DNA of 63,612 nucleotides, the filler included, from Octopus bimaculoides (Eukaryota), in assembly GCF_001194135.2 (NCBI RefSeq). It is 4 parts of 4 records of this genome, joined end to end, with 100 filler letters (N's around TTAATTAATTAA, not from the genome) between each part and the next. Parts side by side here need not be neighbours in the genome. Positions count along the whole stretch, not along the records: positions 1 to 24,444 come from NC_069005.1; 3 more parts are not named here. One strand, 5' to 3'. The first letter of the stretch is position 1, and each line of letters begins with the position of its first letter. Shown here piece after piece: positions 11,737 to 24,544 of the stretch. The notes under the pieces are model-generated. The model did no database searches, was not told the DNA's origin, and saw only the letters and a list, made by a program, of their open reading frames with translations. The position numbers and the translations under genes are program-made.

Positions 11737-13309
11737 CTGAAAAAACATAAACAACCTTATTTTTAAAATCCATTAAATAAAATAGAAGCAGTATCAGATT
11801 AAAGTAGCTATCTATGTATCCTACTTAATGTAAATACATCATTGTGTTTAAGAATGCAATATATATTAGAGGGAGACAAAAATCTTAGCAGCAATAGCAG
11901 TGAGTGTTTTTCACTGTTTTTCTATATGTCGGAGGAGGCAAATCTCATCTAAGCATGTGGTTGTCTGTGAGTACATGACATTAACAAGACCCAACAAGAC
12001 CAAACTGCATCTGGTGTTCTTGCTAGCTACTGCTGGGTTGATTTTCCTCTCCCTCTGACATATATTATGTTTTTAAACACAACAAATCCATACAGCAGAA
12101 AATTTACCTCCCATTATTTGTACTCACTCTCTACATTCCCCCTCCACATCCTCTCCTGCAATCTTGTGACCACCAACTCACCCTTTCCAATCCTTGGTTC
12201 CACTTCACTTTCATACACTTCCCTGTAACTTGAGTGTAACCCCTATCACATCTTCAACAGCTCTCCCTTCTCTCTCTCTCTCCAACTGAGGTAACCATGT
12301 ATCTCCTTTAATGCAAGACACCTATTTGTGTCCTATTCATACTCTAACTGCTCAGCAATGAGCACAAAGCCATCTCCCTTGATACTACTCACCACTCAGT
12401 CGCGGAGTCTTGTCTTGTAAGTTATTTGGTGACCTCACCACTGCCAATACCACATAAAAAGCACACACTTCACACTATTAAGTAGTTGGCATTAGGAAGA
12501 GCACCTAGCTGTAGAAACCATGCCAAAACATACCGTAGATCTTGGCACAGTTTTCTGACATGCTAGCTTCTGTAAAATCATCCAAACCATGCCAGCATGG
12601 AAAACAGATGTATGATGATGTATTTACATTAAGTATAACACAGAGATGTCTAGTTTACCCTTATTCCATATAGTCGTGTCCTCTTTTCTTTTGGTGGACA
12701 GAGATATTGAAAAGAGAGAGTTGGGGTGTCTAAAGAAAGAATGAGAAGGAAGAATTGCTATGAAATCATTATTAATTTTGGTCCAAGTGTCTTACAGTAT
12801 ACTTCAAGACTAGTAGCCACCATCTGCAATGAAAGTAGACACACTTGAACATATATTACATTGACAAAACATGTTTACTCATAGCTATGTCAATCCCAGC
12901 AGAGTGTAACACTTCAGTAAAAATACTTGAAAAGTGAAGTAAATACAAGGACCATGATATAGAGGTCTCATTAATGTGGTATCTAAGAACAACAACTGTA
13001 CCTGTGATCATCAGGTTATGACCCACTATGGTCAAATATCAGGAAACCCCAAAGTATCCAAACCACAACAAATTGTTCTAATAAAGAAAAACATTGTCAA
13101 CTTGAAAACACCCGATTCTCTTAAAACTCTTTTAAAACTAAAATATAATAAATTCAACAGAATCTTGGTTCCCAGATTCTGGTCTCCTTCCCTTGCAATA
13201 TACCATTGCCAATCATAAATAACATCTACTAGAGGTCTCTGGGCAAAACTTGGAAAAGCTTGTAACAAACAAATCAACAATAACGTAAATAGTAATAGTT
13301 TCAATCACA

Positions 13310-13500
13310 AGGCTTGAAATTTGGGGAAAAGGAACTAGCTGATTGCACCAACCTGATACTCAACTGGTACTTATTTTATTGACTCCAAAAGGATACAAGG
13401 CAAAGTCAACCACAGCAGAATTTAAACACAGAATGTAAACATGGACAAAATGCGCAGTAGCATTTTGTCTGGTATACTAACATTTCTACCAGCTCGCTAT
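13310..13500 (+). mobile_element. SINE (CTCAACTGGTACTTATTTTATTGAC...GGCAAAGTC family)
   Basis: Further copies at 16998-17200, 22045-22260, 25165-25350 (+) and 27640-28040 (-). Confidence 0.75.
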
Positions 13501-13539
13501 GATAATAATGATGATGATGATGATACCAAGCAGTAGGAA

Positions 13540-15420
13540 AGACAAACAACAACATAAGAGATACAACTCAAACCAAAGAAGAACCTAAAGGAAAAAATAA
13601 TAATAGTGCTACCAATAAGGAAGTAACAACTGGTACCAGCAACTTAAGTAATTTAAGTGAGGAAGATCAGAAGATTTTAGATGAGTTGCAGGAAGTATTA
13701 AGTAAAGCAGTAAAAAAAATTGCCAGCATTAAAAGGCACCAACAGAAGGAAGCTGCCAAAAATGAGACTAGGAAAGTAGATTCTGTTATCAGAAGGATAG
13801 ATACTAAAAATATCGGTGTCACTAACTTATTGATCTATGCAGGAGGGGTAGTAGTTACCAGAAGATTAGACGATAAATAAGGAAAGATTAAAAAAGAGCA
13901 AATGTGGAAAAGGAGACTACAGAATAAAGTGAAACCTTTAAGACAAGTTCTGAGTAGAATAGAAGCCTGGAAATTGAACAAGTTAGGAAACACAAGATGC
14001 AAATCTTCTCTTGAGAAAAGATACTTAGTTAAGTACCAAAGATGAAAAACCCAATGCAGAAGAAGCTAGAAAGTTCTGAAGTAATATTTGGGATAAGCCA
14101 GTCAATCACAATGGAGATGCAGTATGGTTAAAGAAAGTGAGGGAAGAAGTAGTGAGTGAGAAGCAGCCAGATCTAAGACTAACTAGTGCATTAATGAGTA
14201 AAGTGTTAAGAAAAATGCTGAATCGGAGGGGCGCAGTACCAGACTTAGTACAAGGGTACTGGCTAAAGAAATTTAGTAGTTTACATGGGAGGCTGAGGGA
14301 ACAACGTCAGGATTGCCTTAATGGAGGAATAATACCAGACTGGATGACTTGAGGGAGGACAATACTCCTTATGAAAGATAAGAGCAAGAGTAATGCAGCT
14401 AGCAATTATACACCAATCACTTGCCTAGCATTCGTCTAGAAGCTGTTAACAGGAATGTTTTCAGAAAGCATTTACAAGTACCTTGACAACCAGAAATTAC
14501 TGCCAGAAGAACAGAAAGGTTGCAGGAAGAAGGCTAAAGGCACACATGATCTATTATACATAGACCAAGCGGTTTTAAATGAAGTAAAATCTAGAAAGAA
14601 AAACCTAACAATAGCATGGATAAATGATAAGAAAGCCTATGACATGATCCCACATTCATGGATAAGTGAATGTTTGAGTATATTTAGTATAGCAGACAAC
14701 ATAAGAGAATTAATTAGCTTTAGCATGAAGAAATGGAAAGTAGATCTCTACTCAGGTGACACACTCTTAGGGAAAAAGGGATAATTTTCCAGGGGAACTT
14801 GTCCCCTTTAATATTTGTCTTATGTTTGATCCCCTTCAGTTTAGTATAAAGGAAGGCAAAGGCAGGGCATCAGTTCAGAAATAGTAAAGGAAAAATTAAC
14901 CATTTGCTCTATATGGATGATCTGAAGCATTATAGTAAGAATGAAAAAGAGATAGATTCCTTAATATAGACAGTAAGACTCTTCAGCAAAGATATAGGCA
15001 TGGAATATGGCATAGGTAAGTGTGCACTATTAGTCATGAGAAGGGGACAGGTAGTCAACAGTGAAGGCATCCAATTGCCAGATGGCCAGACATGAAAATC
15101 ATTGAAAGGAAGAGAGAGTTATAAGTATGTATAAGTATTAGAATCTGACAGAGTACTAAATATAGAAATGAAAACGAAAATTGAGAAGGAGTACATCAGA
15201 AGGGTGAGGAAGCTAATGAAGTAAAAGCTAAACGGTTTGAATCTAGTGAAGGCTGTAAATACTTGGGCAGTAACATTACTTAGATATTCAGCAGCTTTTG
15301 TAGACTGGACAAAATCTGAATTAGCAAAGCTAGACAGAAGAACTAGGAAGGAATTCAATATGAATGGAGGACTCCACCCAAGGGTAGGAGTAGAAAGGAA
15401 GGTGGCTTTCAAGTTTCTTT
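13540..15420 (+). mobile_element. Decayed non-LTR retrotransposon RT, R4/Dong-like clade
   Basis: W.N+W......HN.DA.WL, PD.VQGYWLKKF.SLH, PDWMT.GRT.L, PEEQKGCRK..KGTHDLLYID, NLTIAWIND KKAYDMIPHSWI, INHLLYMDDLK, NLVKAVNTWAV.LLRYS, ELAKLDRRTRK; many stops and frameshifts. Confidence 0.8.
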
Positions 15421-15432
15421 TATTATTGAAAA

Positions 15433-15757
15433 TGTAGTAACGCCGTGCGCATGCGTAGTCTCACGCATGCGTGGAATTCAACAACCAAGCTTTCCCGCTT
15501 TGATCGATCTCTTTCTTGCTGGCCAGCGATTGAGCAAGGACGTGTCTAGCTGTCTCTCCATCTTTCGAACTCACGCTAGACAATTCACATCAATATACCA
15601 ACGTCCCAACAACCATGTTCTCACACAGTGAAGGCGCCTCAACAACCAAGAGAAAAGCTGTATATATTCCACCATAAATAAATGTTGTTTGAGTTGATAG
15701 TTTGGAGTTCAGCGTTCCGTTCAATTCCTAATTTAATATAGGAAAGTCAGGTGTACA
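15433..15757 (+). mobile_element. Candidate solo LTR
   Basis: Starts TGTAGTAACG, ends ...GGTGTACA, internal AATAAA, more GC-rich than its flanks. No clean target-site duplication seen. Confidence 0.35.
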
Positions 15758-17267
15758 TCTAATGATGTATAACCCACTTTCCTATAAAAACTCCAAATAC
15801 ATGCTTATCAGAAAACGCAACCCTATTCATTGTGACATGACATGCATTTGTATTCCTCTTCTATTTCTTAGAAACTCACTCTCTCTTTGCTTGCTATCTC
15901 TACTTCTATTAGTCTTTCTGTAACTCTCAGACTTTTATCTTATGACTATCTCTCACACTTTTATCTTCATCCTTCTTATTTTTCATTTGGTCTTCAAATA
16001 TCAAGTCTCACTTGGTTACACACAAATATGTCTAATACAATATACATACTGCACTATTTGTTTCCACATTAGGATTTTTCAATTCAACATATAACTTTCC
16101 TCTTTCCCATGTACACTTTTACACACTGTTACTTTCATATTCATCTCTTGCAACGCTGTCTGTCTGACTCACTTTCTCCCACTCACTTTCTATTACCTTC
16201 TTCAATTTTGTTTATACAGGTTATTAATACCAAAATGTACAATGAAAAGTAATAAAGTAATGCAGAGGAAATAAGTTATGCATTCACATGTGTCCAATAA
16301 AATTAAGATTTTTAACATGATTTTTCTCCAGTGCATACTAGGTATGCATTCCAATTCGCTGTCATGCAAAATTATGGAATCTTCTGATATGTATACACAA
16401 TAAACTGGGGACTGTTCCATAGCTATGTTATGTCAACATAATATCTGATTTCTTCATAAATTTTAACACTGGTTTGGAGTGCTTGCTATTATTCTAAATT
16501 CATTTATTGAGTGAGTGAGTTCAAGAGAAATTAGGCATAAGATATCAGAAAAATTACACAAATTGGGAATCAACCATGTTAATATTAGTGACTAGTAGAA
16601 AACTGCTCTTCTGAAATTTGTTAAATAAATATCTTTTGATGAAATGAAATTTTCCTCAGATACTAGCATAATTTGAAAAAAAGAAAAAAAGCATGTGGCT
16701 GTTTGATGTGCTATAGACTATAGAATATATACAAGTTATATAACTGATATTTCAAGCATACTAAACAATCATGTACATGGGCTACCTTTAAGTTTGTTTA
16801 AAAGAGAGAAATTAAGACTGCAATAAAATAATGGATGAAATATTTACTGAGTGAGTACTGTTAGACATACAAAAGACACAAAGTAAAATTAGACTTAACA
16901 TACTGGAAAAATTACACCAACTGGGAATCAAATATGTAAAAATCATTTAGCAATAAGCAGAAAACTACCTGGAGGTTGGGCTTTCTGTTAGTAATAATGA
17001 TTTCAAATTTTGACACAAGGCCAGCAATTTTAGAGGATTACATCGACCCCAGCACTCAAGTAGTATTTGTTTTATTGACCCTCAAAGGACGAAAGATAAT
17101 GCTGACCTTGGCAGAATTTGAATGCAGAATGTAAAGACAAATGAAATGCTGCTAAGAATTCTGCCTGGTGTGTTAACAATTCTACCAGCTTGCCACTTTC
17201 TGCTAGTAACAAAAAACAAATGACAAGTAAGCAAGACAGAAGACAAATATAGCTAAAAAAAACTTAC

Positions 17268-17387
17268 ATGGTTGGCAATGGAGAGTTTATAAAGCTCATT
17301 ACACCACAAACTGTACATCTCAGCACTCTGTTGTTTCAGTTTTATACGCAACCTCTGAGCCTGTGACCGTTGCTGAACTGTCATATC
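17268..17387 (-). CDS. POLRMT: POLRMT exon (S)DMTVQQRSQAQRLRI / KLKQQSAEMYSLWCNELYKLSIANH, with an apparent 1-nt frame defect
   Basis: Acceptor ttttttgttgtag and donor gtaagt. AEMYSLW...LYKLSIANH matches the EM(H/Y)SL...LYRLSLA.H block preceding FRD.VFW in animal POLRMT. Length is 120 nt where 121 is needed. Confidence 0.9.
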
Positions 17388-17473
17388 ACTACAACAAAAA
17401 CAAACAACACATATATATATATATATATCGACTTTAAAGAGAGCTCAAAACTGATCCATTGAAAATACTTTAT

Positions 17474-17514
<41 letters not shown>

Positions 17515-19251
17515 AAATGACCTATGAACATTTTGATGCAATATCCAGAACGATTCATGCATATTATAAAATATTATAAAATATGGGATACCACATCTCA
17601 TCGGGGCCTTATTATTATTGTTATTATTATTATTAGTAGTAGTAGTAGTAGTATGCAGACAATAAAAATAGAAAACATTCAAATCCAATTTTCATAGTTG
17701 ACCCATGAAAATATGNNNNNNNNNNNNNNNNNNNNNNNNNNNNNNNNNNNNNNNNNNNNNNNNNNNNNNNNNNNNNNNNNNNNNATGCAAAACAGGATGA
17801 AAAGGTATGAGATGATATACAACCGTTCATCCTAAAGGTGTAGGTAACGAGCAAATGGTAAATTAATTCAAAAATAATGATGGTATACTATGAAGTTCAG
17901 TTGTTAACCAATCTGGGACGCTGTAAATTTCAAAAAAGAACGTTGGAGTTATAAACATCAAAATAAATACAAAATTCATACCGTAGAAAAAAACATTTAG
18001 ATATTAAAGAAAACATTTAAAATACAAGATCCTGGTCAAATAGAAGTATACGTAAAAAAATAATGCTCTTAAATAATATACTCACTAAATAACTTTAGTA
18101 CACATAAATTATTTAAGTTCGACACATATATATTCATATTTATGATTGATCTGGATTTACCTCCCCTTGTCCATCAATATCGAAATAATATTTATCGCCT
18201 GTTTGTCTAGACAGGTGTTTTTTTCTTATATAATTGACTTTATGGTCCTTAGAATAATTTATTTTCTGATATTTTAGCATTCCTACTTGGTAATGCACTT
18301 ATTTGTAGTCACTGTATTTGTGAATCATAATTTTATTTGGGGATTTTTTCAGTGATGACCGTTTTTTTTCGTTTACATTCTAAGCTAACGTAAATACCAC
18401 TAAATCTGTTTAACTTTCTTCGCTATATTTAATTTTATCACTTAGCTAATTAGTTTTTTTCTTTTGTAACTTGTTAGTTATAATTTTGATTGAGCTTTAA
18501 TTTAGATAATTTATCTATACCATATAACCTGGTAGTCTTGAAATACTGTTTGAAGCTTTTACTTATATATACCGAATCAATATAAGGCTAATTTTAAATT
18601 ATGTGTACTAAAGTTATTTACTGAGTATATTATTTAAGAGCATTATTTTTTTACGTATACTTCTATTTGACCAGGATCTTGTATTTTAAATGTTTTCTTT
18701 AATATCTAAATGTTTTTTTCTACGTTATGAATTTTGTATTTATTTTGATGTTTATAACTCCANNNNNNNNNNNNNNNNNNNNNNNNNNNNNNNNNNNNNN
18801 NNNNNNNNNNNNNNNNNNNNNNNNNNNNNNNNNNNNNNNNNNNNNNNNNNNNNNNNNNNNNNNNNNNNNNNNNNNNNNNNNNNNNNNNNNNNNNNNNNNN
18901 NNNNNNNNNNNNNNNNNNNNNNNNNNNNNNNNNNNNNNNNNNNNNNNNNNNNNNNNNNNNNNNNNNNNNNNNNNNNNNNNNNNNNNNNNNNNNNNNNNNN
19001 NNNNNNNNNNNNNNNNNNNNNNNNNNNNNNNNNNNNNNNNNNNNNNNNNNNNNNNNNNNNNNNNNNNNNNNNNNNNNNNNNNNNNNNNNNNNNNNNNNNN
19101 NNNNNNNNNNNNNNNNNNNNNNNNNNNNNNNNNNNNNNNNNNNNNNNNNNNNNNNNNNNNNNNNNNNNNNNNNNNNNNNNNNNNNNNNNNNNNNNNNNNN
19201 NNNNNNNNNNNNNNNNNNNNNNNNNNNNNNNNNNNNNNNNNNNNNNNNNNN

Positions 19252-19288
<37 letters not shown>

Positions 19289-19429
19289 AAAACTCAACTG
19301 TGAGTATTTTGCTAAGTTTGTTAACAGATACTATATTCTTTTGCCTAATTTTTGGTATAAAAAAATATATATAAACACACACACACATATATATATATAA
19401 ATATAAATATCAGAAATGTTTTTTCCCAA

Positions 19430-20460
19430 GAAGAAACTGCAGATATTGCAAGCTCTTCCTCTGATGGTGACTAAAACTATTGAAATGTTGAAATCCCTTC
19501 TGTATCTTCAGCAAGTATCTCAGGGTCAAGCATTTCACCCATAAGCTTGTATCTTTTGTTTGAGTGAGATGATGAGGACTGAACTAGTCTTCATCTGCAG
19601 AAGGATTCAAACTGTAATTTCTTGTCAACCATAACCACTTTGAACTGGTTTCAGCTGCTATGCTTATCTCCTTGGAGGTTGTCTTCAGTTGTTTGGGTTC
19701 TAAATCAATCATCTGCAAGAAATAGCACATCGACCTTATTGGAAAACCTTGGCAGCTGATTTCAACAGGTAATGAGGCTGTGTGCCATCCTTTGACAAGA
19801 GTTGCATCAACCTAATATGTAGCTTTCTTCAGCTGGTGAGTAATATCAAGTCTGTCTTCCCAGCACACTGTGATTTCAATCACAATGACTATTTTTGCAC
19901 TCCAGGACAGCAGGAATGTGCCTGATTGGAGCAATGTCACTATTATCTCTTCTGGAAAGACAAATTTTACTCTTCAGATCCACTTGCATCTCCCAGTGTG
20001 AGGCTTGATGCAAGAGAAAAATGGTTCCCCCACAGTAGCTTGTACCTTAGAAACTTCAGAAATCTTTAGGTGGTGATGGCTGCTGTTTGTTAACCTTAAC
20101 CCATTGCAAGTCTACCCACTCTGTAATTTCTGAAAGGATCTTGTTGTGCCGTCCCTTGTATCAGCCTTCTCTCAGTGTCCTAGGGCATCCAGTCAAAATG
20201 TGTTCCAGAGTGCAAATAGTTACTCCACACTGCCTGCAGGATGTGTCTTCCTCTTTATCCCAAATTTTAAGGATATTTGGAATTAGCAAGATGTCAGCAA
20301 CAGGAGGAAGGAGAATTTTTAGTACAGCAGGGTTTCCTCCAGGACAGTGAATGCTCAAGAGCCTAATCCTACTGCCTCTGACAATGGATACAATAAATGA
20401 ATTTCTTTCTCGCAATTCAAGTTTCCTTCCATTACAATCATCAGGCTAGATGTGACATAA
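19430..20460 (-). mobile_element. C-terminus of a restriction-like-endonuclease non-LTR element (Hero/NeSL-like), decayed
   Basis: Zn knuckle CRQC....TLEHILTGC, then W EMQVDL..KIVFP, IVIVIEITVCWED....K.ATY, GW....PVEISCQGF. Confidence 0.75.
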
Positions 20461-20833
20461 TTTGGTATATCTGTTCTATTATATCCAACAGTGTAGGCTC
20501 GTTGTTTCTTTGTCTTTTGATTGGATTCAAAAGACTTAAAAGGTAAAAAGATACAATCAATCCAATCAAACAATGTAAAAATATACATAATGAAGCTACA
20601 CTAACATTATAAAAGAACAGATGTAGCAAGTTACAGCAGATCTTGTGTGAAATTCAAAGAATGAGAAAAAAATTTTCAATAAACCACATACTCTACATTA
20701 TTACTAAGAACACAAAACGAGAGAGAGAGACAGACAGAAATGACACAGTATCAAGAATTTAAGCAAGGATAGAATCTAAAAGGTCTATTTAAAAAAATTT
20801 ATACTTCAATAAAAAAAAAATGAATTAATTTAC

Positions 20834-20934
20834 CTTGTTATTTTAGGAAATGGTGGACATTCTGAGGATGGCGGTGGAATATCTAGGTTTTTGTTACCTT
20901 TGTTGTTGAATATTTTAATAATTAAGTCAAGAAT
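20834..20934 (-). CDS. POLRMT: POLRMT exon ILDLIIKIFNNKGNKNLDIPPPSSECPPFPKIT(AG)
   Basis: Matches the VLDLV..LF...G...LG(V/I)P.PPSE.P block; acceptor ctacttcag and donor gtaaat; 101 nt, phase 0 to phase 2. Confidence 0.9.
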
Positions 20935-21253
20935 CTGAAGTAGGAGGAAGTAGAGAAATAAGATTACTGACAGTAAAACACATCTACAAGAATGTGTACA
21001 GTATACATGTGTGTACACACACACTCTCTCTCTCTTTCTCTCTCTCTCTTTCTCTCTATATATATATGTATATATATATATATATATCTATTTATATATA
21101 TATATACACACACACACATACACAAATAAACTCTCCTTCTCATGTATAGGCATATATACACACACACTCATATACAAACATACATACACAGAACAGGCAC
21201 AAAGGTAAACACACACAAATATATATAGATATGTAATATATACTCAAGCGTAC

Positions 21254-21393
21254 AGGTTTATTAATAGTCCAAGGACAAGCACTGAGAATATTTAAACCAT
21301 CAAAGACAGCTGACAGTTCTTCAGAAGAACTATGGGTAACTTGGCTGAGTTTATTCTGAGAATGCATGGAATCTGCCAGACGGACCAGTTTAG
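21254..21393 (-). CDS. POLRMT: POLRMT exon (T)KLVRLADSMHSQNKLSQVTHSSSEELSAVFDGLNILSACPWTINKP
   Basis: Matches TKLMR...L..ALDAL..L..C.W.(V/I)N; acceptor attccacag and donor gtacgc; 140 nt, in frame with both neighbours. Confidence 0.92.
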
Positions 21394-22323
21394 CTGTGGA
21401 ATAGATGACACAGAAGGGTTGAAAATACAGTGGATAGTTGAGTGTATAGTGGTGGAAAAGGTGAATGTGTGTGAGACCTTATACACATTCACATATATGT
21501 GTGAATCTATATGAGATCATGTGTAATCATGTGACACCATATGTGAGTGTGAGTTCATGTATATGCATGTGCTAGTGTTTGAGAGAGAGAGACTTTGTGA
21601 CTGTGTGTGTGTGTGTATGTGAGATCATATGTGACTGTGTGCACATGTATGAGAGACACAAAAAGAGAAGACATAGAGAGAATTAGAGAGAGGCAGAGAA
21701 GATAAAAGGAAACGGCAGAGAGGGAGAGAGATCATCCCTATGACTAAAACTCTTGTCACACAAATAACCACTGTTTAGCAACAATACAAAAATGAGGGTC
21801 CAGGAAAGCTCTCTTTTCTGCTGATTTGAAAATATGTAGGAGAATGGATGAAGTGAAAGAGGTTTAATTTTTAAAGACACATTCATTCCATGTATACAAA
21901 CTCACACATACTTATGTCTATGGAAGGATGAAAGGTAATTAAAGACTAGCAGAATTTCAACTCAGAATGTAGCAAGGTATAATTGAAATGCCACTAGGTA
22001 TTTAATCCAATGCCGTACTTTTTCCAATCCATTTAAAACAAAGACAATAAAGATAAATGGTTTCAAATTGTGGCACAAAACCAGGAATTTAAGGGTGAGG
22101 AAGAGGTAAGTCAATTACATCAACCCCAGTGCTTAACTGGTACTTATTTTATCAATCCTGAAAGGATGAAAGGCAAATCAAGAGTTTAAACACAGAAAGT
22201 AAAGAATCGGAAGAAATGCCACTAAGCATTTTGTCCAACACAATAATAATTCTGCAAATATAACACCTTAACAACAATAACAATATTGGTAACAAAACAT
22301 GAAAACTTAAAGAAAATACTCAC

Positions 22324-22459
22324 TAGTGGCTAGCAGATTGGTTCCTAGGTTTTCCGATATCCATGGGACAGGTGGTACAAGCATTGGCAATGCTACTGTG
22401 TCAAACACCAGTTCTGATGTGCTGTTTGTTTGGAATATTTTCATTGTTTTTGGATGAGG
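22324..22459 (-). CDS. POLRMT: POLRMT exon PHPKTMKIFQTNSTSELVFDTVALPMLVPPVPWISENLGTNLLAT(T)
   Basis: PHP...L.F....PML.PP.PW motif and donor gtgagt. The 5' boundary is ambiguous: acceptor giving a start at 22459, or an upstream in-frame acceptor giving 22522. Confidence 0.88.
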
Positions 22460-22529
22460 CTGAATGATAAAGGATAATGTACATATACCACTGAACCAAA
22501 ATGCATCTCCTCTAGGTTTACTCTGTTAG

Positions 22530-22740
22530 AAATCAACTGTGCTATGGCTCCCTCTCCATGACCTTCACAACCAGATCCAACAATTTGATTCCACTAAATT
22601 TCCTTTGTAGAAATTTACAATGACACTTCTATGCCAGTCATTGAGAATATCACCTTCCTATGTAACTTGATTAACTACTCAGGTGGTAATCATTTATCCT
22701 GTTTCACCTCATATTTTGAGTATCTCCAGGACTATCGTGG
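22530..22740 (-). mobile_element. RTE LINE fragment in a POLRMT intron
   Basis: EGDILNDWHRSVIVNFYKG...GIKLLDLVVKVMER, homologous to 2680-2820. Confidence 0.7.
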
Positions 22741-23024
22741 ATGGTGTGTGTTAGTGTGTGTGTGTGTGATCATTATCATCATCATTGTCATCATTTAACA
22801 TTTATAATGTTGTAAATGTCCTGAAAACTCCTCACAGCTTTGACTTTGTTATCTCATTTTGTCTAATATATATATGCATGCTAAATACAAGACCCACATT
22901 AGACTCCTCACTTGTGTCATTATCAAACCAAGAGTTTAACTATGGTCTGTCCATAGCACTTATTTAGCGTTTCCTGCCACTCTTTGGGTTTTCTAGATAC
23001 CAATGTCTCTCATATATATATATA

Positions 23025-23340
23025 CTGAGACCCCTTCGGTCATGACTGACCATGGGATTGCACCTTGTCCGGGCAAGGTTGTTTATGGAAGACTAGCAGT
23101 TGCCCATGCATACCAGCCTCCCCTCTCCACGCCACCAGTGTTATCCAAGGGAAAGGCATAGGCCGATATGGCTTGGCACCTGTGACGTCGCAACTCATTT
23201 CTACAGCTGAGTGAACTGGAGCAACGTGAAATAAAGTGTCTTGCTCAAGAACACAACATACAGCCCGGTCCAGGATTCGAATTCACAACCACACAATCAT
23301 AAGCTCGACGCTCTAACCACTGAACCATGTGCCTTCACTC
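23025..23340 (-). mobile_element. tRNA-derived SINE with a CORE-like block
   Basis: Minus head GTGAAGGCACATGGTTCAGTGGTTAGAG...GTTCGAATCCTGGACC (A/B-box-like), then TGTGTTCTTGAGCAAGACACTT; relatives at 37750-37988 and 42730-43040. Confidence 0.8.
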
Positions 23341-23366
23341 ATGTATATATATATAGACAAAGGCAG

Positions 23367-23447
23367 GTTAACTAGGAAGTTAGTCAAAGGCAGGTTAACT
23401 AGGAAGTTAGTAGCAATATCAAAGGCAGGTTAATTAGGAAGTTAGTT
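23367..23447 (+). repeat. Three copies of AAAGGCAGGTTAACTAGGAAGTTAGT
   Basis: Direct tandem copies visible; the third follows a short spacer and has one substitution. Confidence 0.85.
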
Positions 23448-23499
23448 TTTGTATGTGGCAGATGTTCAAGTGCAATAAACACTGTAAACAAACAGGAAA

Positions 23500-23815
23500 C
23501 AACTTCTGTCTCATTCCAGGGAGAAAAACTAGAGGTAGTTGATAGCTTCCGCTATCTGGGTGACCAAGTTAGTAGTGGGGGAGGGTGCACTGAAAGTGTA
23601 GCTGCTAGAATAAGAATAGCCTGGGCAAAGTTCAGAGAGCTCTTATCTCTGCTGGCGACAAAGGGACTCTCACTCAGAGTAAAAGGCAGACTGTATGACG
23701 CATGTGTACGAACAGCCATGCTACATGGCAGTGAAATATGGGCTGTGACTGCTGAGGACATGCGTAAGCTCGAAAGGAATGAAGCCAGTATGCTCCGCAG
23801 GATGTTTAATGTCAG
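23500..23815 (+). mobile_element. RTE LINE C-terminal fragment
   Basis: LEVVDSFRYLGDQV...ARIRIAWAKFRELL.LL.TKGLSLRVKGRLYDACVRTAMLHGSE.WAVTAED. Confidence 0.85.
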
Positions 23816-23909
23816 TGTTGTGATATTAGGATTTTTATTATTTTTAAATAAAAGTTCATCAAAATATTTCTGTCATTTATGATTTGCATATATATATATA
23901 TATATATGA

Positions 23910-24444
23910 TGGCCGTCCACTCGTGACCGAGGAAGACCATTGCCAACCTTCAGGAACATTCTGCGCTCCAGTACCAACTTACATTTTGCATTTACGGCTC
24001 CGTTGGTGGCTAATGAGCCCTGCTCTTGATAAGCATACACGACTGCAAACATTGCAGATTAAGCTTTCCCCATTCACTATACGAGCCGTGCACTTTCGCG
24101 CAGCTCGCTTAAGTTCTTCATGCTGGATATGTGCTCTCTCAAAAGTGTTGATCTCCTCCTTAACCTGCTTCCTCCATCTGTGGCAACGACAGGCATTGTT
24201 CTACCAGTCAGTGTCCTGCATATCACAGGCCTTTAATGAGGACTTGACACAGTCCTTAAAGCACAGCCTTGGTTTCTGCAGAGTCTCCTTCCATTCACAA
24301 GTTCTCCATGGAGTATCTGCTTAGGAATCCTGCTATCCTTTATTCTAATAAGGTGTCCAGTCCAATGTAACCGGTGCTTGTACACCATTGCCTCAATACT
24401 CAAGATATCAGCTGTCCTCAGGATCTGTGTGTCCGGAATCTTTG
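23910..24444 (-). mobile_element. 3' end of a second RTE family (BovB-like) LINE
   Basis: RLCFKDCVKSSLKAC....W...A..R..WRK....FE...Q.EELKRAARK...C..C, the C-terminal pattern of RTE-BovB-type ORFs. Confidence 0.65.
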
Positions 24445-24544
24445 NNNNNNNNNNNNNNNNNNNNNNNNNNNNNNNNNNNNNNNNNNNNTTAATTAATTAA
24501 NNNNNNNNNNNNNNNNNNNNNNNNNNNNNNNNNNNNNNNNNNNN
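24445..24544. other. Artificial 100-bp spacer (44 N + TTAATTAATTAA + 44 N)
   Basis: Exact 44+12+44 layout; the 12-mer is palindromic with stops in all six frames. Confidence 0.95.

Noticed and set aside
11536-11754. Possible phage T7-like RNA polymerase or viral insertion
   Set aside because: The motif is split by canonical GT-AG introns and matches animal nuclear-encoded POLRMT exon by exon.
23025-23340. tRNA genes suggested by A/B boxes
   Set aside because: Heads run into SINE bodies and lack a full cloverleaf; no bona fide tRNA or rRNA gene seen in the window.
24489-24500. TTAATTAATTAA as a piggyBac TTAA target or homeodomain site
   Set aside because: Centred in exactly 44+44 N at three places; synthetic linker.
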